In this document: in pieces, positions 1 through 11,547 of the stretch
How positions within the stretch are numbered: position 1 is the stretch's first letter
Layout of the letters: each line of letters begins with the position of its first letter
From: Octopus sinensis
Lineage: Eukaryota
Assembly: GCF_006345805.1 (NCBI RefSeq)
Contig: NC_043001.1
Location: 44,950,001 to 45,014,000, forward strand
DNA length: 64,000 nt
Direction of reading: 5' to 3'
Program-made: the position numbers and the translations under genes
Notes under the pieces: generated by a model
The model's database searches: none
Seen by the model: the letters and a program-made list of their open reading frames with translations, nothing else
Told to the model about the DNA's origin: nothing

Positions 1-454
1 TCCCGTACCATGTGTTGCCAATTGTTGTGGTCCTTTGTTAGCATCTTCATGAGAGTTCATCTTGCAATCAGTTTTCACCATTTTGTTCCATATCATCTTA
101 ATTCTCCATCTTCCACATGTTCCATCCACCTTAATACTTCATGTATGTCATCTTATATATAAAACCACATTGCTGTCTCAAAACAGTCTTCTCTTTTGCA
201 CACTACATTTGATCCCTGTGAGCTCATTTCTACTGCATCATTCATGCATATTTAACATTACATATCATTTCACACAACAGAATATGCTAGCTGCATTTCT
301 TTCTAGTCTTAGCAACATTATATATGTTGTTTGTTCATTTAACATCCACTTTTCCACTTTAGCATCGCTAAGTCATAAACAAATAACTGGAAGTTACTTA
401 TATTTTATATTTTACCCAAGACAGATGCAGTTTTATATTACAACTTTGTTTTGA

Positions 455-690
455 AGACAGCAAACTGGCAGAACCTTAGCATGCCAGGCAAAATGCTTGG
501 CAGCATTTCTTTCAACTTTATGTTTTAAGTTCAAATGCCACCGTAGTTGACTTTGCCTCTCATCCTTTCAGAGTTGATAAAATAAATACCAGTTGAACAC
601 TGGGGTCAAAGTAATTGACTTGCCACCAAAATTGCTTACCCTCTCCCTGAAATTGCTGACCTTGTGCCAAAATCTGAAACCAATATTAAA
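455..690 (+). mobile_element. SINE family 2
   Basis: CTGGCAGAA..TTAGCATGCCAGGCAAAATGC...GACTTTGCCT.TCATCCTTTC. Confidence 0.75.
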
Positions 691-843
691 ACTGTTAATG
701 AATAATCCCAGGTGATTTGGATGAGTAATTTTACAGACATAATGCTCAAGTTTCCTTACCCTTCAAAAATATTGAGAAAAACAGGGGAAAAAAATTTGAA
801 ATAGATAGATAGAAAGTCTAAGAATTGAGGTGTTGATATTACA

Positions 844-849
844 TTTATT
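844..849 (-). promoter_or_regulatory. candidate polyadenylation signal of the LENG9-like gene
   Basis: AATAAA on the minus strand about 290 nt after the stop codon. Confidence 0.4.
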
Positions 850-1139
850 CCGTCATTATAATCATTTCAAAGCTATGAATATAAATAATGAATTCATAAT
901 ATTACTGCATATTACATGTGATCCATACTCATTTTGTTGTACATTTCTGTGTACACTTTTATACAGTATTTACAGAAGTGCTGAGATAATTGCTTAGATT
1001 TCTGAATTCCCATTAATCTGATATATATATACACACATACATATATCATAGTTTCAGTTGTGGCTTTGTTGTTATCACTGTTGAATCTACTTGCAAACAA
1101 AATGAATATGAATGGAACCAAAGTAATCTTCCACCATAT

Positions 1140-2500
1140 TTACAATTTTAAGTTGATAGTTGACATGTAAAACCCATCGTCTTGGCGGATTTTGTCCGTG
1201 GAACACAAATATAAGTTGTCAACAGCCTGCTCACCAAAATCACAGTTCATATATTGTTCATAGATGGAAGGATCAATCTGATTTGATTCAGTCAGCTTGC
1301 TGACTTGACGAGTGAGTTTCATTATAGTCATATGAGGTACAAAATTCTTGTTTATGTCCGTCAACAATTTCTCTTCAAAAAAGTAACATTTGAGTTTCTG
1401 AACAAGGTCTGTGAGTTCTTCTGGGATTTTGATGCAACCATAGACAACACGGTGGGAAAAATGGTAAATGTTTTTAATTCTAATTGGATCACAGTCAGCA
1501 ACTGTTTTAGAAAGTTCCTCTTGTAGATTTTTTAACAAATTTGTAGCATCAGCAATTTGATGGGTATGGTCAAGACGCAACATACATAGTGTTAGATGCA
1601 GACAGACAGGTGGGATGAAACAGTCAAAGTAGGTTGGTTTATTCTTTAAGATATCTTCTTGCATCCATGCAACTTTTTTCAAGATTTCTTCATTAGTTAT
1701 TCTCAATGCTACAAAAAAGTTGGGCTGTGTGATCTTTGCGCAGAATTCATCATCACAGAAAAAGTTGGGGTCACTTGGCATTTCATATCGAGAATCTGAT
1801 TCAAAGACCAAATTTTCTTCCATATCACGTTTCAATTGTTCTTCATAATTAGATACTATATCTGTTATTGTCATTTTACTTCCTGTTGAGCCAAAAACCA
1901 AATCAAGACGCTGAACTTTATCCCAAACTTTTATTGTCTTGTATTTAAAATAGAATATTCTGTGTTTTGGAATGGCCAATGTATAATAATTTACTGTTGA
2001 AATATCTTCCCAAGAAAAACTATCAAAAGATTTCTCAATAATTCCCACAAAACGATCCATATAACCAACAATAAAATCTTCAGATTTTAAGTTCTCATCC
2101 CATTGAATTCTAGAAATTACATCAGAAGCTGTTTTCATTGCTGGCTTCTTATCAATAATTTTATCCTCTTCATTTGTTAAACTTCGTTTTTTCTTAGAAT
2201 GTTTTGCAATTGGTTTACCTTTTTCTTTGACTGGCTCTGTTATATCACTTTGATTCTCTGTCACCCACTGAAGACAGGCATCAATCAAGTTCTGTATCAT
2301 AGGTTTACCAACAAATTCCTCAGACTTTTCCATTAAATATTTTGATAGTTGTGAATTGTGAACATTTGAAAGACTGTTTGATGTTGGAATTATTGCAGGT
2401 ACGACATCAGGATATTGCTCTGCAAATAAAACAGAAAACTCTTTAAAAAAGATAACAGAGTGATATTGAATAGAAGTATCGGACATGTCTTGAGGGATTA
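1140..2500 (-). CDS. LENG9: LENG9-like protein, last coding exon: RWD C-terminal half, MJ1316 domain and AKAP7-like 2H phosphoesterase domain
   Basis: ORF 2486-1140. It contains an RWD YPxxxP...GxPMI signature, the MJ1316-type KTASDVISRIQWD...VGYMDRF...IPKHRI, and a 2H domain PNFFVALRI with two HxT motifs (HLT, HMT). Acceptor ttatttcag at 2502-2501. Stop TAA at 1142-1140. LENG9 is a family-level call. Confidence 0.9.
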
Positions 2501-2599
2501 CTGAAATAACAACTAATCACTTTCTTTTTATTCTCTTTCATTGAAGGGTATGTAGTATTGAGGTAGGTGGCTTATCCCAAGTGTTGAGTGGCAAGAGTA

Positions 2600-2865
2600 T
2601 CATCATCATCGTTTAACGTCCGTTTTCCATGCTAGCATGAATTGGACGGTTCAACCGGGGTCTTGGAAGCCAAGAGGCTGCACCAGGCTCCAGTCTGATC
2701 TGGCAGTGTTTCTACAGCTGGATGCCCTTCCTAAAGCCAACCACATCATGAGTGTAGTGGGTACTTTTTACGTGCCACCGGCACAGGGACCAGAGGAGGC
2801 TGGCAAACGGCCATGATCGGTTGGTGCTTTTTACGTGTCACAGACGCCAGTCAGGCAGACAGAGT
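2600..2865 (-). mobile_element. RTE 3'-UTR fragment
   Basis: CATCAT-GTTTAACGTCC-TTTCCATGC...CAGCTGGATGCCCTTCC matches 59697-59900. Confidence 0.8.
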
Positions 2866-3864
2866 GATAGGAACAAGTGTCTTGCTGTAGAGGATATATA
2901 TATATATGCACATAGGAATATTGTAAATGAAAATGATTGAAGGCTATCCAGGTAATAGACAAGCAAACAAAATAGAGTGAAAAAACCCCAGAAAAGTAAA
3001 ACATTCAATGAGAGGACCAAGACAATGTAATAAGTTGTGTAAGAAAAGTAAATGGTCCTTCATCAAGGAAGAAGAAAGAGAAAAAACACGGAGGATAAAA
3101 AAAGGCAAAAACAAGGTTCAAATAATATGGAAAGAGTAATAAACAATACCATCATTATTTAGTGCTTGTATTCCATGCTAGCAAAGGTTGTGTGGTTTGA
3201 CAGGATTGCACAAGTCAGAGTACTGCATCAAGCTCCAATGTCAGTTTTAGTATGGTTTCTACAGTTGAATGACTATTCTAATGCTAGTCACATTACAGAG
3301 TGTACTGGGTGCTTCTTTATGTCACCAGTAATAATGAGGTTGGAAAGTAGTTCAAGACAAGACTCTTTCATCGAGGGGTATGTAGTACTGAGGCAGGTGG
3401 CTTATCTCAGGTGTTGAGTGGCAAGAGTATGATAGAAGGATAGGAAGAGCTGTCTTGCTGTAGAGAAGGAGAGATGGTGATGGGATGTCAGGACATACCC
3501 TCAAAGTACATGAAGGTGAATGTAATGAGGATGGAGATGGAGGAACTAGTGAGAAGATATAGACAGAGAATCAGGTAAGTTCATGAGAGTGTGAGGTGAG
3601 CTATAGATGCTTATAGGTAGGTATATAGCTGATGGAATGAACAGAAACAGGGAAAGGAGCATGGTTAGTGGTGAATATTTTGGAGGAAGGAAATAGGAGG
3701 GGGACAAGGAAGAGCCATAAAACACTAAAAACAAATGTTACAGCAAGAATGAATCATTTACTTTAAATATATATTTACAAAAATACATTAATGAAACTAT
3801 AAGACATTTGACAAAAATACACTTTTTACAGACTTTTTTTGCATAAGTTTTCTGTTATTCTTAC

Positions 3865-4036
3865 TTGTTAATTGAAATTTCAGTGACAAATTCTTTATTT
3901 GGAGCTGGATAGTAATAATGTATGCAAAGTCTCCAACAGATTCTATTATTTTGCACTTTGATTCATGATGTTTCTTTAAATGAGAAATTTCTTCAGCCAC
4001 ACAGCCAAGAACTGCACTGTTTTGATCATCTGCCAT
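3865..4036 (-). CDS. LENG9: LENG9-like protein, first coding exon (MADDQ...KFQLT, 57 aa + 1 nt)
   Basis: ATG at 4036 follows a polypyrimidine acceptor (ttttgtcttttcaaag, exon starts 4044). Donor A|GTAAG at 3864. Phase 1 joins in frame with the exon starting at 2500. The sequence is RWD-like (EEI..L...F.Y.I.I...L.LKFQL). Confidence 0.7.
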
Positions 4037-4404
4037 GAATGTCACTTTGAAAAGACAAAAGGAGCAAAAAAATAAATAAATAAATAAAAATATCATAATA
4101 AAGAAGTAAAAAGTAGATTTTTTTTTTATCAGCTTTAATAAAGAATTTGGTCACAAACATATACACACACATTCTCACACACATGGATACATACACACAA
4201 ACATACATATGTACACAAATAAGACAGTGAAAATACATAAAAATTTTCAAAAATTTAGAATGTGATTTTACAGTTTTGTTGAAATCTAAATTCCACTGTT
4301 GGAACTTTGTTTTACATTTAAAAACTAATCCCCTTTGGAGGAAGAACTGAAAGTTCAAGGAATATATGCAGCAAAGAGTCTGCTTCATTGATGAGGTAAT
4401 AATG

Positions 4405-4615
4405 GCTTCAAATTTTGGTACAAGACTAATTGATTCAGGGGAGGGGATAAGTTGATTTCATCGACCCCAGTGCTGAACTGGTACTTATTTTATCAACCTC
4501 AAAAAGATGAAAGGCAAAGTTGACCTTAGCAGAATTTCAACTCAGAATGCAAAGATGGATGAAATACTGCTAAGCAATTTATCTTGTGTGCTAATGATTA
4601 TGCCAGCTCAGCCAC
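4405..4615 (-). mobile_element. SINE family 2
   Basis: Reverse complement of 455-690. Confidence 0.75.
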
Positions 4616-4984
4616 TTTACTGATGAGGTAAGAACAAAACCAAAACCTGTCTAGAAGGGTTTTCATCCTTGCCAAAATAATATATTATCATCATTGTCTT
4701 AACGTCCACTTTTCCATGCTTGCATGGGTTGGATGAGTTTACTGAGGCAGATTTTCTGTGGCTGCATGCCCTTCATATCATTTAACTCATCATCATCATC
4801 ATTGTTTGACCGTGGTCAAGACAATGGAATTTACCATGCTACGCCAGACTTCATGGTCCATCATAGCATTACGGAGGTCCTGTTGCTATATCTAACTCAT
4901 ACCAAGACAAGACATGGTAACTCAAACACACACACACATCTACCTACCTATCTATCTATCTATCTATCTACCAATCAATCAATC

Positions 4985-5135
4985 ATGAGAAGCTTTTAGT
5001 TTGTCTACTCACATGGTTTTGATTGGCCCAGGTCTATAACAGAAGACACTTGCACAAGAAGCCATACACTGGAACTGAGCCTAAAACCATGTGGTTGAGA
5101 ACCAAACTAATTCACTACACAGCCATTCCTGCACA
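4985..5135 (-). mobile_element. SINE family 1, 5' part
   Basis: AGAAGACACTTG...ACCATGTGGTTG...CACACAGCCA. Confidence 0.65.
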
Positions 5136-6149
5136 CATACACATAGGTGGGTGGGGAAAATGAGGTGTTTTTACTGCATTTTTGACTTTGAGACAAAATG
5201 TATTTTTTACAAATGTTCACTACTTTACAAAAACTATATTAGCTAAGCAAATGGCCTTCCCTAAATGCATTTAAACTACTATAACATCATCTGATCGTCA
5301 TTTCAGAAAATTATTGCTGTTCTCTCTGAGCATATAAAAATCAAATTTGGTTGGGGAAAAATAAGTAGGACAAGGCAGTGTAAATTTGCCGCTTCAGAAA
5401 ACAGACTCATAGTCACCAATATCCATCCCTGGACATCAGAAAGATCAGAGATAAAAAAAATAATTTAAATATCTAGGTGAAATGAAAAAAGATCAAGGAA
5501 AAATTAACGAAACTCGATTAAATAAAAAAAAAAATATATATATATATATATTGTCTATAGCTTCTTCACCACCTGCTCTTTGTGATATATTTACACACTA
5601 TGCAGTTAAAGAGAAGAAATTATTGTAATTAGTCATTACTCATTTTACCCCAGTCTAGACATTAATTTTTTGAAACTTGAAAATTATCAAATTAGACATT
5701 AATGTGGGAAAATTTTGACTTGGAATCCAACGGAGAAAAGAATATTGACTGTTAAACACCAAAAAATTATCCAGATAACTTATTAGCAACCTCAATTACA
5801 ATCAGGTTCAAAGTTGAGCAAAAATTTCTTGAAAATACAAAACCTGTCACCTGACTTCAACAACAACCACACTGACCAGTTTTTACTCCTAAATATAATG
5901 TAGCAATACAAAACGATGATGCAATATTTGCAATGTAATGATTTCAAACAGGCAGGGAGTAAATAACAAGAAATCAGGTTACAAATTTTGCCCTACTCCC
6001 CTATGCTGGAATGATTGAGAATTCACTTGTTCACTTCACAACCACTAGATCTCAAGTTCAACTCGCTTGAAGTCCGTGTAGCCAAATGCCATTTTATATA
6101 ATCTCAGGTTAACACATTTCCTGATTGTGACTATAGGGAGATTTTTGGA

Positions 6150-6680
6150 GGATTGGCAGAGTTGTTAGTGCTGTCGGAGAAAATACCTTGTGGTACATAT
6201 TCGTAACTCTTTACGTTCGAAATGCAAGTCACAGCGAAGTCAACTTTACCTCTCATCCTTTCAGGGCCAATAAAATAAAGTACTAGTCAAATACTGGAGT
6301 CGACGATATCGACAAACCCCTCTCCCTAAAATTGTTGGCCTTGTACTTAAATCAGAAATATTTTTTGATATTGGTACAAGGCCAGCAATCTTGGATCTCA
6401 ACAGTCCAATTATATAAACATACAGAACTGATTTTTATTTTAATTTCGAGTTCATTTTCATTATTATTTCTTAAGCGAAAGACGGTGAACAGGCAAAATC
6501 TTAGCTAACTGGTCAAAATGCTTGACGTTCTGAATTCAAATGCCACGAGGTCGACTTTGCTTTCATCCTTTTGGAATGAATAAAATTAGTACTAGTTGAA
6601 CAGTGGGATCGGGAGAAATCCACTTCACCCTGCATGAAATTGCTGGTCTTATGTCAAAATTTGAAACCATTATTTCTTAA
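6150..6680 (+). mobile_element. two SINE family 2 copies
   Basis: Diverged copies at about 6150-6375 and 6480-6680. Confidence 0.65.
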
Positions 6681-7354
6681 GCGATATAGACGGTAAACAG
6701 CATTTTATATTTTTACCTCTGATATGGTGCTTTTTGACAACTTCCCTTGCATCAATTGCTTTTCACTTCCTCACTTGAAATGTTTCTTATCAATCAAAAT
6801 ATTAATCGAAAGTGTAAATATAACAAATTCCTTACGATCTATGCTTCATTCGTTTAAACGCTTCTCAGAAAATTGGGGACAAAAACTGAAAGGTTCTAGT
6901 ATGTAGAAACTGGGTGGGGAGTCGATGCCGTCTCCACTTTTTCGACAAATATTTTTCTCAACACTTAACATACTAGAATTTTATCAATTTTATGCCTAGT
7001 AAAACAGAAAGCATTATTTCCTTAAAAACATTTGAATGGGTTGTGGGCTGTATTGTAAACATAAGATCTCAACAAGTTAAGTCTACAGTTCAGTTTCACT
7101 TCAACATATAGCTATTTTACTTCACTTACGCCTAATAACATAGAGAAAAGTATAATGCCGTTTGCGATTAGCTATGTTTTAGTAGTTCAGCTGTTATAAC
7201 ACTCGTGTGGAATAGTTTACATGTTTATGTGTACACACACGTATATATTCATGTTTATTTTCATGAAAAGTTATAATAAAAACCATTTTACATTAAAGGA
7301 TTGCTCAATACTTTTGCAGAGTACATATTTATTATACTTTTACGAGAAAAGTTG

Positions 7355-7400
7355 TGACTAAAACTTCGAAGTTTCGGCTTGCTCGCCTCATCGGACAGTC
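7355..7400 (-). ncRNA. degenerate hammerhead-like motif
   Basis: CCGATGA (U4C), stem II GGC/GCC, GAAA, palindromic stem III AACTTCGAAGTT. Stem I is partly broken. Confidence 0.35.
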
Positions 7401-7428
7401 CTATGAAGGCTAGCAAACTTCGAAGACG

Positions 7429-7497
<69 letters not shown>

Positions 7498-8108
7498 ACT
7501 TTCATAAAGAATAGTTTAACTCTTTTTTTGTTACCTGAGATCTCCGTTGGGGAGCAGCTTTCTGTTATAGTTCAGGAACGAGACACTAATAATGTGGTTA
7601 CAAGAGGAGTAGGTTAGCAACCGAGTTTTTTTATTATTATTTATTTATACACATTGTTATTCAATCATTACACACGATGTCGCAATAATACGATTTCGTA
7701 TATTGATCGAAATCATAAATAAAAGAAAATTATATTCAAGGGACGTAACTCCCAATGACTTTTTTTCTCACCTGAAAAATCAATCATATCACTTCAATCA
7801 GAAAACAGCATTGCTGTTTATTGTCTTTTATTTTCCATAAACCTGTAACCATGTACTATTGTTAAGCACCCACACTATTAAAATATTATCGTGAAGCAAG
7901 TCATTCAAAATGCTTAAAATAGCCGAATTTCCCTCAGCTCTTACCCGATCCTTACAAAAAAAAAAAAAAAAGAAGCCAGGTGTAAATAGATACACGCCTC
8001 ATCTAACATAATTTCAGAATAGGAAATACTCAAGATGGAGGAAAGTCCCAAGCCGGGAAGAATTTAACCAAATATTTCTGGCTGTGATAGAATTTTCAGT
8101 GAAGACTG

Positions 8109-8146
8109 AGACTTTATCTACAACTCATGAGTTGTAGATAAAGTCT
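8109..8146. repeat. perfect 38-bp palindrome with no spacer
   Basis: AGACTTTATCTACAACTCA|TGAGTTGTAGATAAAGTCT. Confidence 0.95.
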
Positions 8147-8879
8147 ACCACAGGTGTTCAACAAGAAATTACGGAACTGTTTATCACATTCGAAAACGTA
8201 ATGTTTCCAAAAACATGTACCTAGATCTCTGGGAAATGTTTAAACTGTCCTATTTGTAGCAACTTAGGTGCGGGATCAGCTCGGGGTTTGTCCTAGGGAA
8301 AAATCAAGCATGAACCGCAAATTGGAGTCAGGTGGCGATAAATGTCTTGACCATTACCATTTATTGAGGAAGATTTAGCTGATATTTTTAACAGATATAG
8401 TGACTACAGAGGTTATATAGGTTATGGAGGTGGGGGTAAAGCAAAAGTTATTCACTGAATCGATATAATTGATGACATCCCAACAAATTTGCGGGTATGT
8501 TCTTATGCTAGAAATCATTTAGAGAGAGAGGATGTGTGTGTGTGAGGGAGAGAGTCACTCTTTGTGCTACTGGTGATACGTAATCCAGTACAATTTATCG
8601 CATGATCAGACCGACGGAGATTAAACAGGCAACCCTACCAAACTTGCATGTTAAAAAAAAAGTTTTCACTGGACAACCTGCGAGATGAAAAACAAAGCTT
8701 GTCAAAGGACTGGTGAACTTAGTAGAGTCAATGGCCATCCTATCCAACAGCTGGGAGTGAATGATCCAAGAGATCTCTCTAGGAGAAATAAATTCCAAAA
8801 TAACACACACCTCATAAATAATGCAGTTTTTATATACTTCTTTTTTTTTTGTTAATTAAGATAAACAAAGTTCTATTTT

Positions 8880-9400
8880 AGTCTAAAACATACTCTCATT
8901 TTCTACAATGGAAGGCCCCTCTTCCAAAATTCACTTGTCTGTGACGGAAAATACTCCTCCAGTACTGTTCTGACCTCGTCTACAGAATTCATATTTTTTC
9001 CGTCCAAATGATTTTGAAGACTGCGTAGTAAAATGATAATCAGATGAGGCAATGTCCGGCGAATATGATGGGTGGGGCATCGTTCAAACTGCTCCAACCT
9101 TTGGAATGTCATCTTCGTTGTATGAAGCCGAGCATTATCTTGATGATAGAACAAGTTTCGTCTTGAAACCAAAGATAGTCGCTTTTCTTCTAGCCGCTCA
9201 AACTACTCGCAGTAGATTTCCTTTGTTATCGTTTGGTTTGGGTTTAGAAATTCAAAGTGGACTAAACCTTTCATATCCCACCAGACTGATAGTAACACCT
9301 TACGTGGTGAAGACCTTCTTTAGCTTGGGGTGCCGGTGTTTTTCCTTTCCCTACCCAATTTGTCATGACATTTGAATTTTCTTATTGTTAAATAAAATCT
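8880..9400 (-). mobile_element. mariner (Tc1/mariner DD34D) transposase remnant
   Basis: HQDNARLH...LLRSLQNHLDGKNMNSVDEV...YFPSQTSEFWKRG resembles the mariner C-terminus. It carries frameshifts and stops. Confidence 0.8.
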
Positions 9401-9688
9401 CATCAAATTATTTCTCTGTCATTTATGACGTTATATATATATATATATAGTAGAAATACGTTATAAAAAGTAAATATAAAATACACGTGGAAATGTAAGA
9501 GTAAAATATGAAAAATCAACGAAAATGCACATTGCAAATAAAAAAAAGGATATTTATGACAGGTAACGACAAATATACACATTTAGATTGACTGAGGTAG
9601 TAATACGAGTCATAAAAGTCATTATTATGAGATGATAATAAAGTAAGAGAACAAAACGGACCATGGTTACGCAAAGCTATTCATCGTT

Positions 9689-9691
<3 letters not shown>

Positions 9692-9727
<36 letters not shown>

Positions 9728-9839
9728 CATACATATATACATATATATATACATATACATATATATATACATATATATATATATATACATAATATATATA
9801 CATATATACATATATATACATATATACATATATATATAC

Positions 9840-9870
<31 letters not shown>

Positions 9871-9952
9871 CATATATATATATACATATATTATATATAT
9901 ATATATACGTATATATATATACGTATATATATACATACATATATATATATAC

Positions 9953-9984
<32 letters not shown>

Positions 9985-9995
9985 TATATATATAC

Positions 9996-10050
<55 letters not shown>

Positions 10051-10215
10051 CATATATATATATACATATATTATATATACATATATATATATACTATATA
10101 TATACATATATATATATACATATATATATATATAGATATATATATATACATATATATACATATATATATACATATATATATACGCATATATATATAACAC
10201 ATATATATAATACAC

Positions 10216-10252
<37 letters not shown>

Positions 10253-10309
10253 CATATATATAATATATACAATATATATATACATATATATATATACATA
10301 TATATATAC

Positions 10310-10376
<67 letters not shown>

Positions 10377-10435
10377 CATATTATATATATATATATATAT
10401 ACATATATATACATATATATATATACATATATATA

Positions 10436-10466
<31 letters not shown>

Positions 10467-10468
10467 AC

Positions 10469-10519
<51 letters not shown>

Positions 10520-10646
10520 CATATATATACACATATATATATATACATATATATATATTATACATATATATATATACATATATATATATATACATATATA
10601 TATATCATATATATATATAATACATATATATACATATATACATATA

Positions 10647-10678
<32 letters not shown>

Positions 10679-10712
10679 TACATATATATATATATACATA
10701 TATATTACATAC

Positions 10713-10789
<77 letters not shown>

Positions 10790-10816
10790 ACATATATATA
10801 TATTATATATATATAT
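9692..10816. repeat. about 1.1-kb compound (TA)n/(TACA) microsatellite
   Basis: Directly visible; it is the source of the spurious YI-rich ORFs. Confidence 0.98.
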
Positions 10817-10901
10817 GGGGACATTAGTCATTTCTACCAAAAAATTTTACTAATCATACCCAATGCAATTTTTCAAAGCAAGACATTTAAAAAATGAATT
10901 T

Positions 10902-10963
10902 AGGCTTGTATCACCTGTGATTTCGTACTTACCGCAGTTGCGACCGTACTCATCAGCAAGACT
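10902..10963 (-). ncRNA. type I hammerhead ribozyme (inverted copy of 11297-11358)
   Basis: Same core and stems II/III as the 11297 copy, with one mismatch in stem I (CAAGCCT). Confidence 0.8.
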
Positions 10964-11296
10964 GATTCTGAACATATCATAAATAAACGACCTCGCACCG
11001 TCAAAGCCGAACAGCTATCTGTTCTACTCCAACGAAGCACATGGGGAGTTTTACATATAATACATCCAGTAAATGGCAGGCTTCTTCGAATTGCATTTCG
11101 GTTAGAAAAAGTTTTTTCGGAATAAAATTATTTAACAATTAAGGATAACTTCTTAATAAGGAATCTTAACAAGAAATTATCAGGTAGATAGCGTGAAAAA
11201 CCTCATAAGAGAAAAATTTCGAAAATAATTCTTTCTTATTGAACATATTAATTTATATATAGAGGGCATTATTACACATACATGCCACACGCTAAG

Positions 11297-11358
11297 AGTC
11301 TTGCTGATGAGTACGGTCGCAACTGCGGTAAGTACGAAATCACAGGTGATACAAGACT
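11297..11358 (+). ncRNA. type I hammerhead ribozyme (intact)
   Basis: Stem I AGTCTTG/CAAGACT (7 bp), core CTGATGA, stem II GTAC/GTAC, GAAA, stem III ATCA-CAGG-TGAT. Cleavage triplet AUA, predicted cut after 11351. Confidence 0.88.
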
Positions 11359-11485
11359 AAATTCATTTTTTAAATGTCTTGCTTTGAAAAATTGCATTGG
11401 GTATGATTAGTAAAAATTTTGGTAGAAATGACTAATGTCCCTCTTAGCGTGTGGCATGTATGTGTAATAATGCCCTCTATATATA

Positions 11486-11547
<62 letters not shown>

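Noticed and set aside
62-454. 130-aa plus-strand ORF
   Set aside because: Low-complexity, non-ATG (TTG) start and no domain; probably antisense of decayed repeat DNA.
4620-4675. CTGATGA-GGT...ACC-AAAA hammerhead-like string
   Set aside because: GAAA is mutated and no stem I pairing is present.
9663-10840. Long YI/IY-rich ORFs (also at 15442-16122, 22270-22828, 41808-42141, 42614-43480 and 59119-59514)
   Set aside because: They are translations of (TA)n/(TG)n microsatellites, which lack stop codons.
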